From Candidatus Poribacteria bacterium (GTDB taxonomy: Bacteria > Poribacteria > WGA-4E > WGA-3G), in the NCBI GenBank assembly GCA_965214095.1, contig OZ243938.1, positions 4,448,001 through 4,512,000 of the forward strand: 64,000 bases of DNA. Direction: 5' to 3'. A program made the position numbers and the translations under genes. Positions within the stretch are counted from its first letter, which is position 1, and each line of letters opens with the position of its first letter. This document shows, piece after piece, positions 50,359 to 59,786 of the stretch. Below the pieces are notes generated by a model. That model was not told the DNA's origin. It worked only from the letters and a program-made list of their open reading frames with translations, and searched no databases.

Positions 50359-52179
50359 CTATTCAGTCGGATAGGTATTTAATGCTTCCTGCCACTTATT
50401 TAGCTGTTCAACACGTTGTGTGGAGTCTATTGGAATTTCAAGCGGTCTTCCACGGGTATCAACAACTAATCCAACAACACCACCCATTGCCTCTGCTTCC
50501 AGGAGTGTGCCTCGACCTGCCCCAGCATCAAATTTTCTTGAAGGTTGAAGTTTCACTGAAGCGGTTTCACCAATGTCAAGTGGATATAGACGTATCTCAC
50601 CATAGGGAACGTCTTCAGTGATAGCCGGTTTGTCTGGAACACTTATCTCTATTGAGAGACATGATTCACCCTCTTTTCCAACACCAATTGGCGATATACA
50701 AGTGCCGAGATGAATCAGACAATCACGTTCAAATACATGTGTTGCTGCTTCAGCATTAACTTGCGCCAATACACCAAGTTGAGGCATCATAAAGATGCTA
50801 TCAACAGCAAGATGTGTAATACCTTCTGGTTGGAAAGCGTCAATCATCATAAGCATGGATTGCTGCCGTCTTGGTGCGTGTGACAGAACGCCACCACTAC
50901 CGACTAACATATCTAATGAAAGCATATTAACAAGTGTTTGTCCACTTTCTGCCTGAGCAAAAGCTTCTGAGATTGTGCGTTGTTGTTGAACACCACGCAA
51001 TTCCACGGCTAACTGTTTATGTTGTACAAATGCCAATCGCAGTGCTTCACGGGCAATTGCTTGTTCTAATACTAATTCTTGTAGTGTTTGAGGAATGGTT
51101 GTAGGTCGGATCATCTTGTTTTTAACGCGATTGCGAAGATCCCCTTCCTCTATGTCAAATGGCACCCAACGTAAGACATTATCAATACCCGCTTCAGCGA
51201 GTACATTGGAAACACTATAACTCATACCCAGGTTCGCACTCACAGTCCGGTTAAAGATTGGTTCATCTTCTCGGTTCTTGAACACAGAAAACACATCGGT
51301 TGTTGCACCACCGATGTCAACGCCAACGACCTGCATATCGTGCTGTGCAGAAACGGTTTGAATTATTTCTCCAACTGCACCTGGAGTCGGCATAACGGGT
51401 GTATCTGTCCATTCAAGCAGTTTCTTGTATCCGGGTGCATGTGCCATCACATGCTCAAGGAATTGTTCTTGAATCTTGTGTCGTGTTGGCATTAATTCTT
51501 CACGTTCTAACACAGGACGAAGATTATCAACGATCTCCAAAGACATCACATCTTCCAAACGTTCGCGAATAAGTTCTTGTGCGTCTTTGTTACCTGCATA
51601 AATAATAGGGAGTTCGTATGCAATGCCAAGACGTGGTTGGGGTCGAGCTGCTGCTATGATCTCAGCTAATTCAACAACATGTGAAGTTGTGCCACCATCA
51701 ATCCCACCCGATAGTAGAAGCATGTCGGGACGCAGGTGTCTGATACGTTCAATTTTTTCATGAGGTAGACGTTTGTCATTGGACGCAATCACATCCATCA
51801 CGATAGCACCTGCACCGAGTGCCGCACGTTCCGCACTCTCTGCAGTCATATTGCGTACAACACCTGCTACCATCATCTGCAGTCCACCACCCGCACTACT
51901 TGTTGATATATAAACATCAACACCTTCATCTCCGCTCTGTGGTTTGATGATATTTCCATTATCCAACAGTTTTCGTCCAGCAAGTTCCTCTACTTCTGTA
52001 ATTGCATTGATTACACCAGCAGTGACATCTTCAACAGGTGCTTCTACTGTTGTGGGTGCTTCACCGCGTACGATAAGTTGATATTCATCACCACGTTTCT
52101 CAATTAGTATTGCTTTTGTTGTGGTGCTACCACAATCCGTAGCAAGAATAGAACGGATGCCGCTTCCCGATTCATTCAT
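50359..52179 (-). CDS. GlmL/MutL-like (glutamate/methylaspartate mutase accessory) ASKHA-fold protein
   Basis: TDCGSTTTK, SSAGGGL, LLSGGIDGG, MPTPGAV, DIGGATTDVFS, RTVSANLGM. Confidence 0.85.
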   Translation of the reverse strand: MNESGSGIRSILATDCGSTTTKAILIEKRGDEYQLIVRGEAPTTVEAPVEDVTAGVINAITEVEELAGRKLLDNGNIIKPQSGDEGVDVYISTSSAGGGLQMMVAGVVRNMTAESAERAALGAGAIVMDVIASNDKRLPHEKIERIRHLRPDMLLLSGGIDGGTTSHVVELAEIIAAARPQPRLGIAYELPIIYAGNKDAQELIRERLEDVMSLEIVDNLRPVLEREELMPTRHKIQEQFLEHVMAHAPGYKKLLEWTDTPVMPTPGAVGEIIQTVSAQHDMQVVGVDIGGATTDVFSVFKNREDEPIFNRTVSANLGMSYSVSNVLAEAGIDNVLRWVPFDIEEGDLRNRVKNKMIRPTTIPQTLQELVLEQAIAREALRLAFVQHKQLAVELRGVQQQRTISEAFAQAESGQTLVNMLSLDMLVGSGGVLSHAPRRQQSMLMMIDAFQPEGITHLAVDSIFMMPQLGVLAQVNAEAATHVFERDCLIHLGTCISPIGVGKEGESCLSIEISVPDKPAITEDVPYGEIRLYPLDIGETASVKLQPSRKFDAGAGRGTLLEAEAMGGVVGLVVDTRGRPLEIPIDSTQRVEQLNKWQEALNTYPTE

Positions 52180-52270
52180 ATATTTTTTCTCCTAAACAGA
52201 AAACATGTGTATCTTTATCATGTTGGTTCTTTAAAGAGATAGTTGTTCCTAACATTTGAGAACTTCATTT

Positions 52271-52462
52271 TATAGTAGATTTTGAAATTACTTAAACACT
52301 CTACATCGGCGAGGTTAGGAAACCTCGCCTACCGTGGGTATCGGGTGTCAACTTATATTTATAGTAGATTTTGAAATTACTTGAACACTCAGCATCGGCG
52401 AGGTTAGGAAACCTCGCCTACCGTGGGTATCGGGTGTCAACTTATATTTATAATTCACTATA
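52271..52462. repeat. Tandem duplication (89-bp period) of the family C element
   Basis: TATAGTAGATTTTGAAATTAC starts at 52271 and 52360; ends TTCACTATA. Confidence 0.88.
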
Positions 52463-52468
52463 AGAAAA

Positions 52469-53263
52469 CTAATATCCCAATTGTCTTAGATATTCTCGGT
52501 TAACTGTCATCCGTTCTTCATCCGTACGGTCTTCTACCATTCCAGGACATGCTGTAATCCATCGGTCATAATTGAGTTCTTTCAGAGTTGACATTATAGC
52601 GGGAAAATCCATTGCATCTCCACCGCCAACGTCAACCCAATCTACCTCATAAGAACTCCCATCACCACCTGAGTAACCTGCATAATCCTGTAGGTGTACA
52701 TATACAAGTACATCACTGTATCTACGTATGGATTCAATTGGATCATATCCCCAAAGGGCAGAATGGGAAACATCGATACACAGTTTGCACTTACGTAGTA
52801 AACTCATATATTTAGCCCAATCTTCAATAGAATCCACCGTTGTATTGGTATGGATATGATAGCAGACATCTAAGCCATAACGTGAACCGTATTCAGCCCA
52901 TTCCTCAGAAACATCAGCAAGTTTTGCTAGATCATCGTTGTTTATGGGTCTATCATTTGGTTTTCCTGCCCCCATAAACATGAAACAATCCGCTCCTACC
53001 TCTGCGGCGAAGTCGATTCTACGCAAATTGAGTTCCATCTGTTCGTAATTTTTATCAATTGGTAATCCACGTGCCGTCACAGCACAGATAGGCATATCAA
53101 CATTTTCACACATCCGTCGAATTCGGCGTGGCGTACCCGCCCAGTCTAAAGATTGCCGCATTTCCCAACCATCCCAACCTGCTTTCTTAAGTTGTACCAA
53201 TAGTTCCTCAAAATCCGGTTGTTGCCATCGCAAAGTACTATATCCAAATTTGAAACCCATCAA
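52469..53263 (-). CDS. Sugar phosphate isomerase/epimerase (IolE-like TIM barrel)
   Basis: GWDGWE, YHIH, IDVSH, HLQD, G..DFPAI. Confidence 0.82.
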   Translation of the reverse strand: MMGFKFGYSTLRWQQPDFEELLVQLKKAGWDGWEMRQSLDWAGTPRRIRRMCENVDMPICAVTARGLPIDKNYEQMELNLRRIDFAAEVGADCFMFMGAGKPNDRPINNDDLAKLADVSEEWAEYGSRYGLDVCYHIHTNTTVDSIEDWAKYMSLLRKCKLCIDVSHSALWGYDPIESIRRYSDVLVYVHLQDYAGYSGGDGSSYEVDWVDVGGGDAMDFPAIMSTLKELNYDRWITACPGMVEDRTDEERMTVNREYLRQLGY

Positions 53264-53333
53264 GTTCTCTCCTCTTGTCTTTTTTTTAAGTCAGTAAAAA
53301 GTTAGTTCAAATTATATCAGAATTTTATATCTC

Positions 53334-53362
53334 TTGCAATAAATGTTCATTTTTGCTAAACT
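53334..53362 (+). promoter_or_regulatory. Putative sigma70 promoter
   Basis: TTGCAA-17 bp-TAAACT with an extended -10 TG, in a divergent intergenic region. Confidence 0.45.
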
Positions 53363-53420
53363 AAATTGATAACATATAACTAAAGGATTTTCCGTAACTA
53401 CTCAGAATTAAGGAGAAATT

Positions 53421-54386
53421 ATGGATCAAGTTAAACTTGGTTTTATAGGAACTGGTGGCATGGCAGGTGCGCATATGCGTAACCTTAAGGACAATTTTGA
53501 AGATGTTCAATTTTGTGCCATGTGTGATATTTCAGAAGATCGCGCGAAATCACGCGCCGAAGAGTTCGGTGGGAATGCCTATTCCGATTATCGCGTGATG
53601 TACGATAAAGAAGACTTGGATGCAGTTTATATCTGCACACCGCCTTTTGCACATGGTGAGCAGGAACGAATTGCCTGTGAAAAAGGTATCGCAATGTTCA
53701 TTGAAAAACCGATCCATTCGGAAATTGAACCAGCGATTATAATCAATGACTACATTAATGAAACTGGTGTCATAACCAGTGTTGGTTATCACTGGCGGTA
53801 TGGTGGCAATGCTCAAAGTGCTAAGAAAATGCTTGAAGAGCAACCACAAATACTCGGTGCACTCGGATATTGGATGGGTGGTATGCCCGGAACTCCTTGG
53901 TGGAGAGTCCGAGCACAATCCGGTGGACAACACGTTGAACAAACAACCCATATTTTCGATCTTTGTCGTTTTCTTGTTGGTAGCGATGGCAAGACAGTAC
54001 ACGGTGTTGCGAACAGTGGAAGCATGACACACGTTGAAAACTATGATGTTGATGATATCAGCATGGTTAACATTGAATTTGAAAACGGTGCTGTAGCAAA
54101 CATCGTTTCTGCCTGTGCATTAGAAGGTTTTGGTCGCGTGCATCTTGAAGTATTCACGCGTGGTCTCGTCGTCACAGTCGGCGGTCCAAATAACGTAAAC
54201 CGAAAAGGTGAAACTGAACCGCTTTCAGGGGCAGGTGGACAAGATCGCGACCGTGTCTTTATTGACGCTGTTAAGAGTGGAGATGACTCCGAAATCCTTT
54301 CACCATACAGCGATGCACTGCAGACACTTCGTATTATGCTTGCCGCAAGCACTTCGTTTAGAACAGGTAAATCTATTGATCTATAA
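53421..54386 (+). CDS. Gfo/Idh/MocA family oxidoreductase
   Basis: GFIGTGGMA, CTPPFAH, FIEKP, SGGQHVEQTTH. Confidence 0.9.
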   Translation: MDQVKLGFIGTGGMAGAHMRNLKDNFEDVQFCAMCDISEDRAKSRAEEFGGNAYSDYRVMYDKEDLDAVYICTPPFAHGEQERIACEKGIAMFIEKPIHSEIEPAIIINDYINETGVITSVGYHWRYGGNAQSAKKMLEEQPQILGALGYWMGGMPGTPWWRVRAQSGGQHVEQTTHIFDLCRFLVGSDGKTVHGVANSGSMTHVENYDVDDISMVNIEFENGAVANIVSACALEGFGRVHLEVFTRGLVVTVGGPNNVNRKGETEPLSGAGGQDRDRVFIDAVKSGDDSEILSPYSDALQTLRIMLAASTSFRTGKSIDL

Positions 54387-54484
54387 ATGGTTACAGCAAC
54401 ACTTAGTGTAACCATTTACACGATTTTTAGTCCTGGTTTCTATATTTTATTTAGATACTTTTTGATTATTTAGAGAGATAAATT

Positions 54485-55240
54485 ATGCCAATTAATCAGT
54501 CAATCACCTTTGGTGGTTTCCGGCGTGACAGAGAGCCGGAAGACGTTATTAAGAAAGCCGCTGAAATCGGTTATAAATCTATTGAGATGCTACCCGCCGA
54601 TCTCTGGTCCGTTGTTCAAGATAACGGGATGCGGGTTGCAATCATTGTTGGACATTCATCACTTCCGTCCGGATTGAATGACCCAAGCAATCACGACAGA
54701 ATAGAAGATGAATTGCTCAAGAACATTGATATCGCAGCAGAAAATGACATTCCAGGTCTTATCTGTTTTTCTGGTAATAGAGAAGGCAGATCCGAAGAGG
54801 AAGGTCGTGATAACACTATAGCTGGTCTGTCGCGCGTGACAAAGGCTGCAGAAGAAAAGGGTGTTAACCTCTGCGTTGAACTGCTCAACAGTAAAGTTAA
54901 CCATCCTGACTATCAGTGCGATAAGACAGAGTGGGGTGTTGAGGTATGCAAAGGTGTTGATTCACCGCGTGCCTTGTTGCTATATGATATCTATCACATG
55001 CAAATTATGGAAGGTGACCTCATTCGCAATATCACCGATTATATTGAATATATCGGTCACTTCCATACGGCAGGAAACCCGGGTCGTCGTGACCTTGATG
55101 ACGAACAGGAAATATATTATCCTGCTGTGATGCGTGCAATTGCCAATACTGACTACGACCTATATGTTGGGCATGAGTTTAGTCCAAAAGGTGATGCTTT
55201 TGATGCTATGCAACACGCCTATGATGTGTGTAATGTCTAA
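54485..55240 (+). CDS. Hydroxypyruvate isomerase (Hyi) family protein
   Basis: ICFSGN, ELLNSKVNHPDY, LYDIYHMQIMEG, HFHTAGNPGR, GHEF. Confidence 0.88.
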   Translation: MPINQSITFGGFRRDREPEDVIKKAAEIGYKSIEMLPADLWSVVQDNGMRVAIIVGHSSLPSGLNDPSNHDRIEDELLKNIDIAAENDIPGLICFSGNREGRSEEEGRDNTIAGLSRVTKAAEEKGVNLCVELLNSKVNHPDYQCDKTEWGVEVCKGVDSPRALLLYDIYHMQIMEGDLIRNITDYIEYIGHFHTAGNPGRRDLDDEQEIYYPAVMRAIANTDYDLYVGHEFSPKGDAFDAMQHAYDVCNV

Positions 55241-55254
55241 CAAACTTTGAAATT

Positions 55255-55284
55255 ATGGGCAGGTTAATTAATCTGCCCATTTTC
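55255..55284 (+). terminator. Probable intrinsic terminator
   Basis: ATGGGCAG/CTGCCCAT stem followed by TTT. Confidence 0.65.
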
Positions 55285-55546
55285 CTATATCCAAATTTAG
55301 GATTCACTCCGAATTCTTGTGCATTGATATATACTTCCTATCCACCAAGGTTTTATACTTCTTTCTACCCAATTCCTTTACTTATTTTCCGTAAATACTG
55401 ATAGTGTCTATACAGAAGTCTTTCAGATAGTAGAATTCGGTTTCATTTTCTTAATGCTTGCAGCCTTAGCAAGTTTATGTTACAATCTGTATAGATCGGT
55501 AATTGTTTAATAGCAAGTCTTGAGTAAGTCAAAGAGGTATCTATAA

Positions 55547-56887
55547 ATGCCAACCCCAAAAGAAGTTTTTGATAATCCTTTAGAGTATCTTGATTTCCTA
55601 CAATCCGATAAATTTGAAGGACAATATTTTGAACGAAAAGAGGTCCGCATTGATACCAACAATCAGATCAACACATTGAAGGATAAGATCAAGCAGTGTA
55701 TTTCTGCTTTCGCTAATAGTAATAGATCAGGTGGACTCTTAGCACTCGGCATTGCGGATGATGGCTCGATTATCGGCACACAACATGTTGACGAACAAAC
55801 GATAAATGGTATTCTGCAGGTGGCACGAGACTTAAGTAACCATGCTACGCAGTTAAAAGAAGTTGTACTACCGGATTCAAAAGCAGCAAGATTACATCTT
55901 CTTTATGTCCCGTGGACACCAAATGGAATTTGTGACACCTTCACAGATTTTCCAAAAGCGTGGAAAAGGTTTGGTGCTCAGTCTCTCAATTTGACTGAAC
56001 AAGACCGTGAACAACTTAAACGTGATAAAAGGATAGTTGATTTTGAAACCTCCTATTGCTGTCCCTACGATCCCGATGAACTTGATAAAGAGGTAGTTGA
56101 GGAGTTTAAAAGTGTGTTCCTTGAGACAAGGGATGCTCAATATGAATATAGTACAGAGGCATTTCTCTTGACTATAGATGCCATTAAGCAAATTGAGGGT
56201 GAAAAATGCTCATTTACTAACGCCGGCTACCTCTTTTTTGCTTCAAATCCACGAAAGAAGTTTCCAACAGCGCATGTAAGAGTTTTACGTTTTGAAGTTG
56301 ACGTTGAAGAATCAGGTTACCGTGGCGCGACAACCTTTGATAAAGAGTTTGATGGAGCACTCCCAAAAATAATTCGTAAGCTGCGAACCTTTTTCAGAGA
56401 GTCTGCACTCTTCCGCACAATGATAAGACGGAGTTCTAACGGTGGATTCATTGAAGACCCCGAATATCCACTCTTTGCTGTTGATGAAGCAGTTGTGAAT
56501 GCAGTTATTCATAGAGATTATGGAGCCAACGCACCGATTCATTGTATTGCATATCGAAATGGTTTAGTGGTGGAAAATCCGGGTGGTATTCCTCAGGAAG
56601 TCCCCCGACGCTTTAATCTCGCGGATACAGTGCTTAGTTCCGTGCTGCGCAATCAGAAGATTGTTGAGTGGATGCGGTTTATGAAAGATGAAAACGGTGA
56701 ACCTGTTGTACGTGCTTTAAGTGAAGGCACAAGGAAAATGCGTCAAGAAATGGAGACCCTCGGTTTACCCGCACCAACTTACGAGACAGCTCAACGTACC
56801 TCCGTCACACTTTATAATTATTTTGAGGAGCGATTAGCACCGCATGCATCTTATGCCGCTAACCGAACAGGAACAGATTCTGTCTGA
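55547..56887 (+). CDS. Schlafen/AlbA_2 domain plus HATPase-like ATP-binding protein, probably C-terminally truncated
   Basis: EGQYFERK, SAFANS..GGLLALGIADDG; YP..EAVVNAVIHRDY, NPGG, RN, EGTRKM. Confidence 0.82.
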   Translation: MPTPKEVFDNPLEYLDFLQSDKFEGQYFERKEVRIDTNNQINTLKDKIKQCISAFANSNRSGGLLALGIADDGSIIGTQHVDEQTINGILQVARDLSNHATQLKEVVLPDSKAARLHLLYVPWTPNGICDTFTDFPKAWKRFGAQSLNLTEQDREQLKRDKRIVDFETSYCCPYDPDELDKEVVEEFKSVFLETRDAQYEYSTEAFLLTIDAIKQIEGEKCSFTNAGYLFFASNPRKKFPTAHVRVLRFEVDVEESGYRGATTFDKEFDGALPKIIRKLRTFFRESALFRTMIRRSSNGGFIEDPEYPLFAVDEAVVNAVIHRDYGANAPIHCIAYRNGLVVENPGGIPQEVPRRFNLADTVLSSVLRNQKIVEWMRFMKDENGEPVVRALSEGTRKMRQEMETLGLPAPTYETAQRTSVTLYNYFEERLAPHASYAANRTGTDSV

Positions 56888-57106
56888 ACATGAGCAGCAC
56901 TTTCAGTCGTTGATGAAATAGAAGCAACCATTGAGGCAGAACTAAAACGCGCGGAACGTTTGCGGTAATATATGCTCAAGCATGCGTTTTCTGGCAAACT
57001 TGTTCCGTAAGACCCAAGCGATGTACCGGCAAGTGTGTTGTTAGAGTTAATCAGAGATGAGAAAGTAGATCAGCAACCGAAGCGAAAAAGACTAAGACAA
57101 AAGTGA
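56853..57106 (+). pseudogene. hsdS: Remnant of type I R-M specificity subunit HsdS (C-terminus)
   Basis: PLTEQEQILSE../LSVVDEIEATIEAELKRAERLR*YMLKHAFSGKLVP*DPSDVPASVLLELIR; frameshift near 56900; TAA at 56966 and 57008. Confidence 0.8.
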
Positions 57107-57264
57107 ATATACTACTTCGGCACAGCAATTGTTGCTACCACTTGACTAAACTCAATTCTAAATTACAGCGAAGAAACACTTTGTTTTTAATGTAAATTAT
57201 GGTAGAATCTCTATGAATAGCAACAGTACAACCTTTTCATTCGGAGTATTATTTTGAGTTTATT

Positions 57265-57545
57265 ATGGAAATATTAGAGATAACACTTAAGATTACAGAC
57301 TCCACAGATACAGGTGAAAGAACGCGGCAAACCGATTTGCTCCTTGCACTTGCGGGACACTTATATGGGATGATATAAGTGGTCCTAACACCTTGTCACT
57401 GCCGGAGGTACAAGTGATTAAAGGGGTACACGAAGATAATCCGGATCCGCTCCCCGCTCTAGCAGGAATGCTGCAATCTGATGTCACAGACATCGGCAAA
57501 CGCCACGACGATTATATCAGAAGCGCGCAACAGACAGAACTATAG
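57265..57545 (+). pseudogene. Degraded small antitoxin-like hypothetical gene
   Basis: Broken frames; C-terminal DPLPALAGMLQSDVTDIGKRHDDYI resembles small antitoxin-like proteins (recollection). Confidence 0.4.
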
Positions 57546-57577
57546 GAAATAAAGGTGAATAACACAAGGTGAGTTGA

Positions 57578-57868
57578 ATGGCAAAAACAGAAGTTGAAGT
57601 CCGATTTACATTACCGCTTGATGAAGTTCTACTGCAGCACAAAATTGACGCTGAGTGCAAGGCAAGAGAAGCTTTTGTGCTTGAGCTTTTGCGTCAAGGC
57701 GACATCAGTGCCGGTAGAGCTGCACGACTACTAAACATTTCACGATGGGATCTCTCGGAACTGATGTATGAAGCCGGAATCTCTCCTTTTGACGATAGTC
57801 CTACGGTGGAAACGTTTAACGCTGAAGTTGAAAGCGCGTTAAGAGATTTTGATGAATCTGAATCATGA
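57578..57868 (+). CDS. UPF0175 family protein (putative antitoxin)
   Basis: LELLRQGDISAGRAARLLNISRWDL. Confidence 0.85.
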   Translation: MAKTEVEVRFTLPLDEVLLQHKIDAECKAREAFVLELLRQGDISAGRAARLLNISRWDLSELMYEAGISPFDDSPTVETFNAEVESALRDFDESES

Positions 57869-58353
57869 AGGTAGTTACGAATAGCACACCGTTGATAGCA
57901 CTCTCGAAAATCAATCGGTTAGAGTTACTGCAGAAAGTATACCGTTCAATTTACATTCCAGAGGAAGTTTATACTGAAGTCGTCGTCAATGGAGTAGGAA
58001 AACCCGGTGCGGCAGAGGTAGCATCGGCAGATTGGATCATCTGCCAGCCGATAAAAGATAAAGATCAAGTCTTAATACTTCACAACCGAACACTTATTGA
58101 TTTAGGCGAGTGTGGTGCTATTGTACTTGCACAAGAAATTGAAGCAGAGAGAATCATTATTGATGACAGAGTCGCAAGACATATAGCAATCGCGAAAGGT
58201 TTATCTGTGGTTGGAACAGTTGGTGTTCTACGTGTCGCGAAAGCGATGCAAATCATTCCAGAAATCAAACCAATACTAGACGATCTTCGCTTACATGGAA
58301 CACGAATCAGCGATAGACTCTACTACCAAACACTCATAACTGAAAAAGAGTAA
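57865..58353 (+). CDS. DUF3368 / PIN-domain protein (putative toxin)
   Basis: VVTNSTPLIAL, IPEEVYTE, DLGE..AI.LA, IIDD..AR, GTVGVL; ATGA overlap with the upstream gene. Confidence 0.88.
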   Translation: MKVVTNSTPLIALSKINRLELLQKVYRSIYIPEEVYTEVVVNGVGKPGAAEVASADWIICQPIKDKDQVLILHNRTLIDLGECGAIVLAQEIEAERIIIDDRVARHIAIAKGLSVVGTVGVLRVAKAMQIIPEIKPILDDLRLHGTRISDRLYYQTLITEKE

Positions 58354-58360
58354 TCACAAA

Positions 58361-58476
58361 ATGTCAAACGAATCAGTAACAATCCTTCAAAACTATGGAA
58401 CTTCTGTAATATACTTCCAGATGATGGAGTCAGGTACGAAGATTAAGTTGAACGACTTACCTCTCTACTAAATCTC
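58361..58476 (+). pseudogene. hsdM: Remnant of type I R-M methyltransferase HsdM (N-terminus)
   Basis: MSNESVTILQ/KLWNFCNILPDDGVRYED*VERLTSLL resembles the HsdM start KLWNxCNxLRDDGxxYxDYVEQLTYLL; frameshift and internal stop. Confidence 0.72.
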
Positions 58477-58599
58477 AATCTCTTTGTCATAGAGAGTTAA
58501 CTACAAATCCATACATAATCCAAAACACCTTCTAGTTCGGATTAGGAAAGTCTGAAAACGAAAGTTCGCATTTAAACAAAACCTAAGGAGGATATTAAA

Positions 58600-59410
58600 A
58601 TGCGTATTAACACCAAACTAACACTAATCACACTCATCATTGCAGTAGCATTCAGTTCTATTGCATTAGCAACTTTACAGAACGGCTTAATCGTCATTTG
58701 ATGAAGCCGCAGGAAAGACTGCGTTTGATGAAAGCAAAAACAACAACGATGGAGAACTTATGGGTTCAGCCACTTGGGCACCAAATGAAGGTAAAATTGA
58801 AGGTGCGGCAAGATTCGATGGCGGTGAAGGTTCTGTCGTTGACGATAACGGCGCAGATTATATCAACGGACTTGAAGCCTTTTCAATTTCTGTTTGGGTA
58901 AAATCTGATTCTGTTGGACACGATAGAGGAATTGTCTTCGCAGTAGATCCGGATGGCGGAGATAATGTATTCGGTTTACGGTACGATGCCGCAAGTTGGT
59001 CAACGAAAGGCGGAGTTAATCTTGTTAAAGGTGCCATCACAACAACTGGTGGCGGTCAGGCGTATGAAAGTAAAGATGATATACAAACTACTGAGTGGCA
59101 ACATCTTGTGTTTACTTGGAAAAGTGGTGAACAACTTGCACTTTATATTGATAGTGAGTTTGACGATAATCCTACACACAATGATGCAGCCAACCAAGGA
59201 GCAATTTCCGGTGCCACCAAATTCATCGTTGGAAAAGGTGCAAAAGATAACAATGGAACATCATGGACCGGTCTCATCGACGAAGTTCGTATTTACGACA
59301 GAGTTTTGGATATGGATGAGATAGAAGAGTTATCTACCGGTGTCCTTCCTGTTGAAGCTAAAGATAAGTTAGCTACTACATGGGCACTTCAAAAGAAAAT
59401 TAGATTTTAG
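58600..59410 (+). pseudogene. LamG-like secreted protein gene, frameshifted just after the signal peptide
   Basis: AAGGAGG RBS and ATG at 58600 (MRINTKLTLI..LQNGLIV), then a frame change near 58695 to SFDEAAGKTAFD..; tail PVEAKDKLATTWA. Confidence 0.8.
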
Positions 59411-59473
59411 GTTGACTTGATCCCATATCAGCGGGGAGTATCTTCCTCACTGATACATATCTCAAAAGAATAT

Positions 59474-59741
59474 TATAGTGAAATGTAAAAATACGTGCAC
59501 ACTCTTCAGTAGATGCGGTTTCCTAACCACATTTATGAAATTGAACAAACACCGGTTCGGTTAGGAAACCGAACCTACCGTAGTGTGTAAATAATTATAG
59601 TTTTTACTATAAACTCTTTCGGTTAGGAAACCGAACCTACCGTAGTGTGTAAATAATTATAGTTTTTACTATAAACTCTTTCGGTTAGGAAACTGAACCT
59701 ACCGTAGTGTGTAAATAATTATAGTTTTTACTATAAACTCT
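59474..59741 (+). repeat. Family B element whose right half is amplified as 3 x 62-bp tandem units
   Basis: Units start at 59556, 59618, 59680. Confidence 0.9.
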
Positions 59742-59786
59742 ATCATATTTTATCCCGCTGCACATGCATGCCATATACTTCTATAC

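Noticed and set aside
58699-58701. TGA in the LamG leader as a possible Sec codon
   Set aside because: The homologous sequence continues in a different frame, so this is a frameshift, not read-through.
59556-59741. Possible CRISPR array (palindromic repeats with a period of about 62 bp)
   Set aside because: The units are near-identical over their whole length, so there are no unique spacers. No cas genes are nearby and the sequence belongs to dispersed repeat family B.
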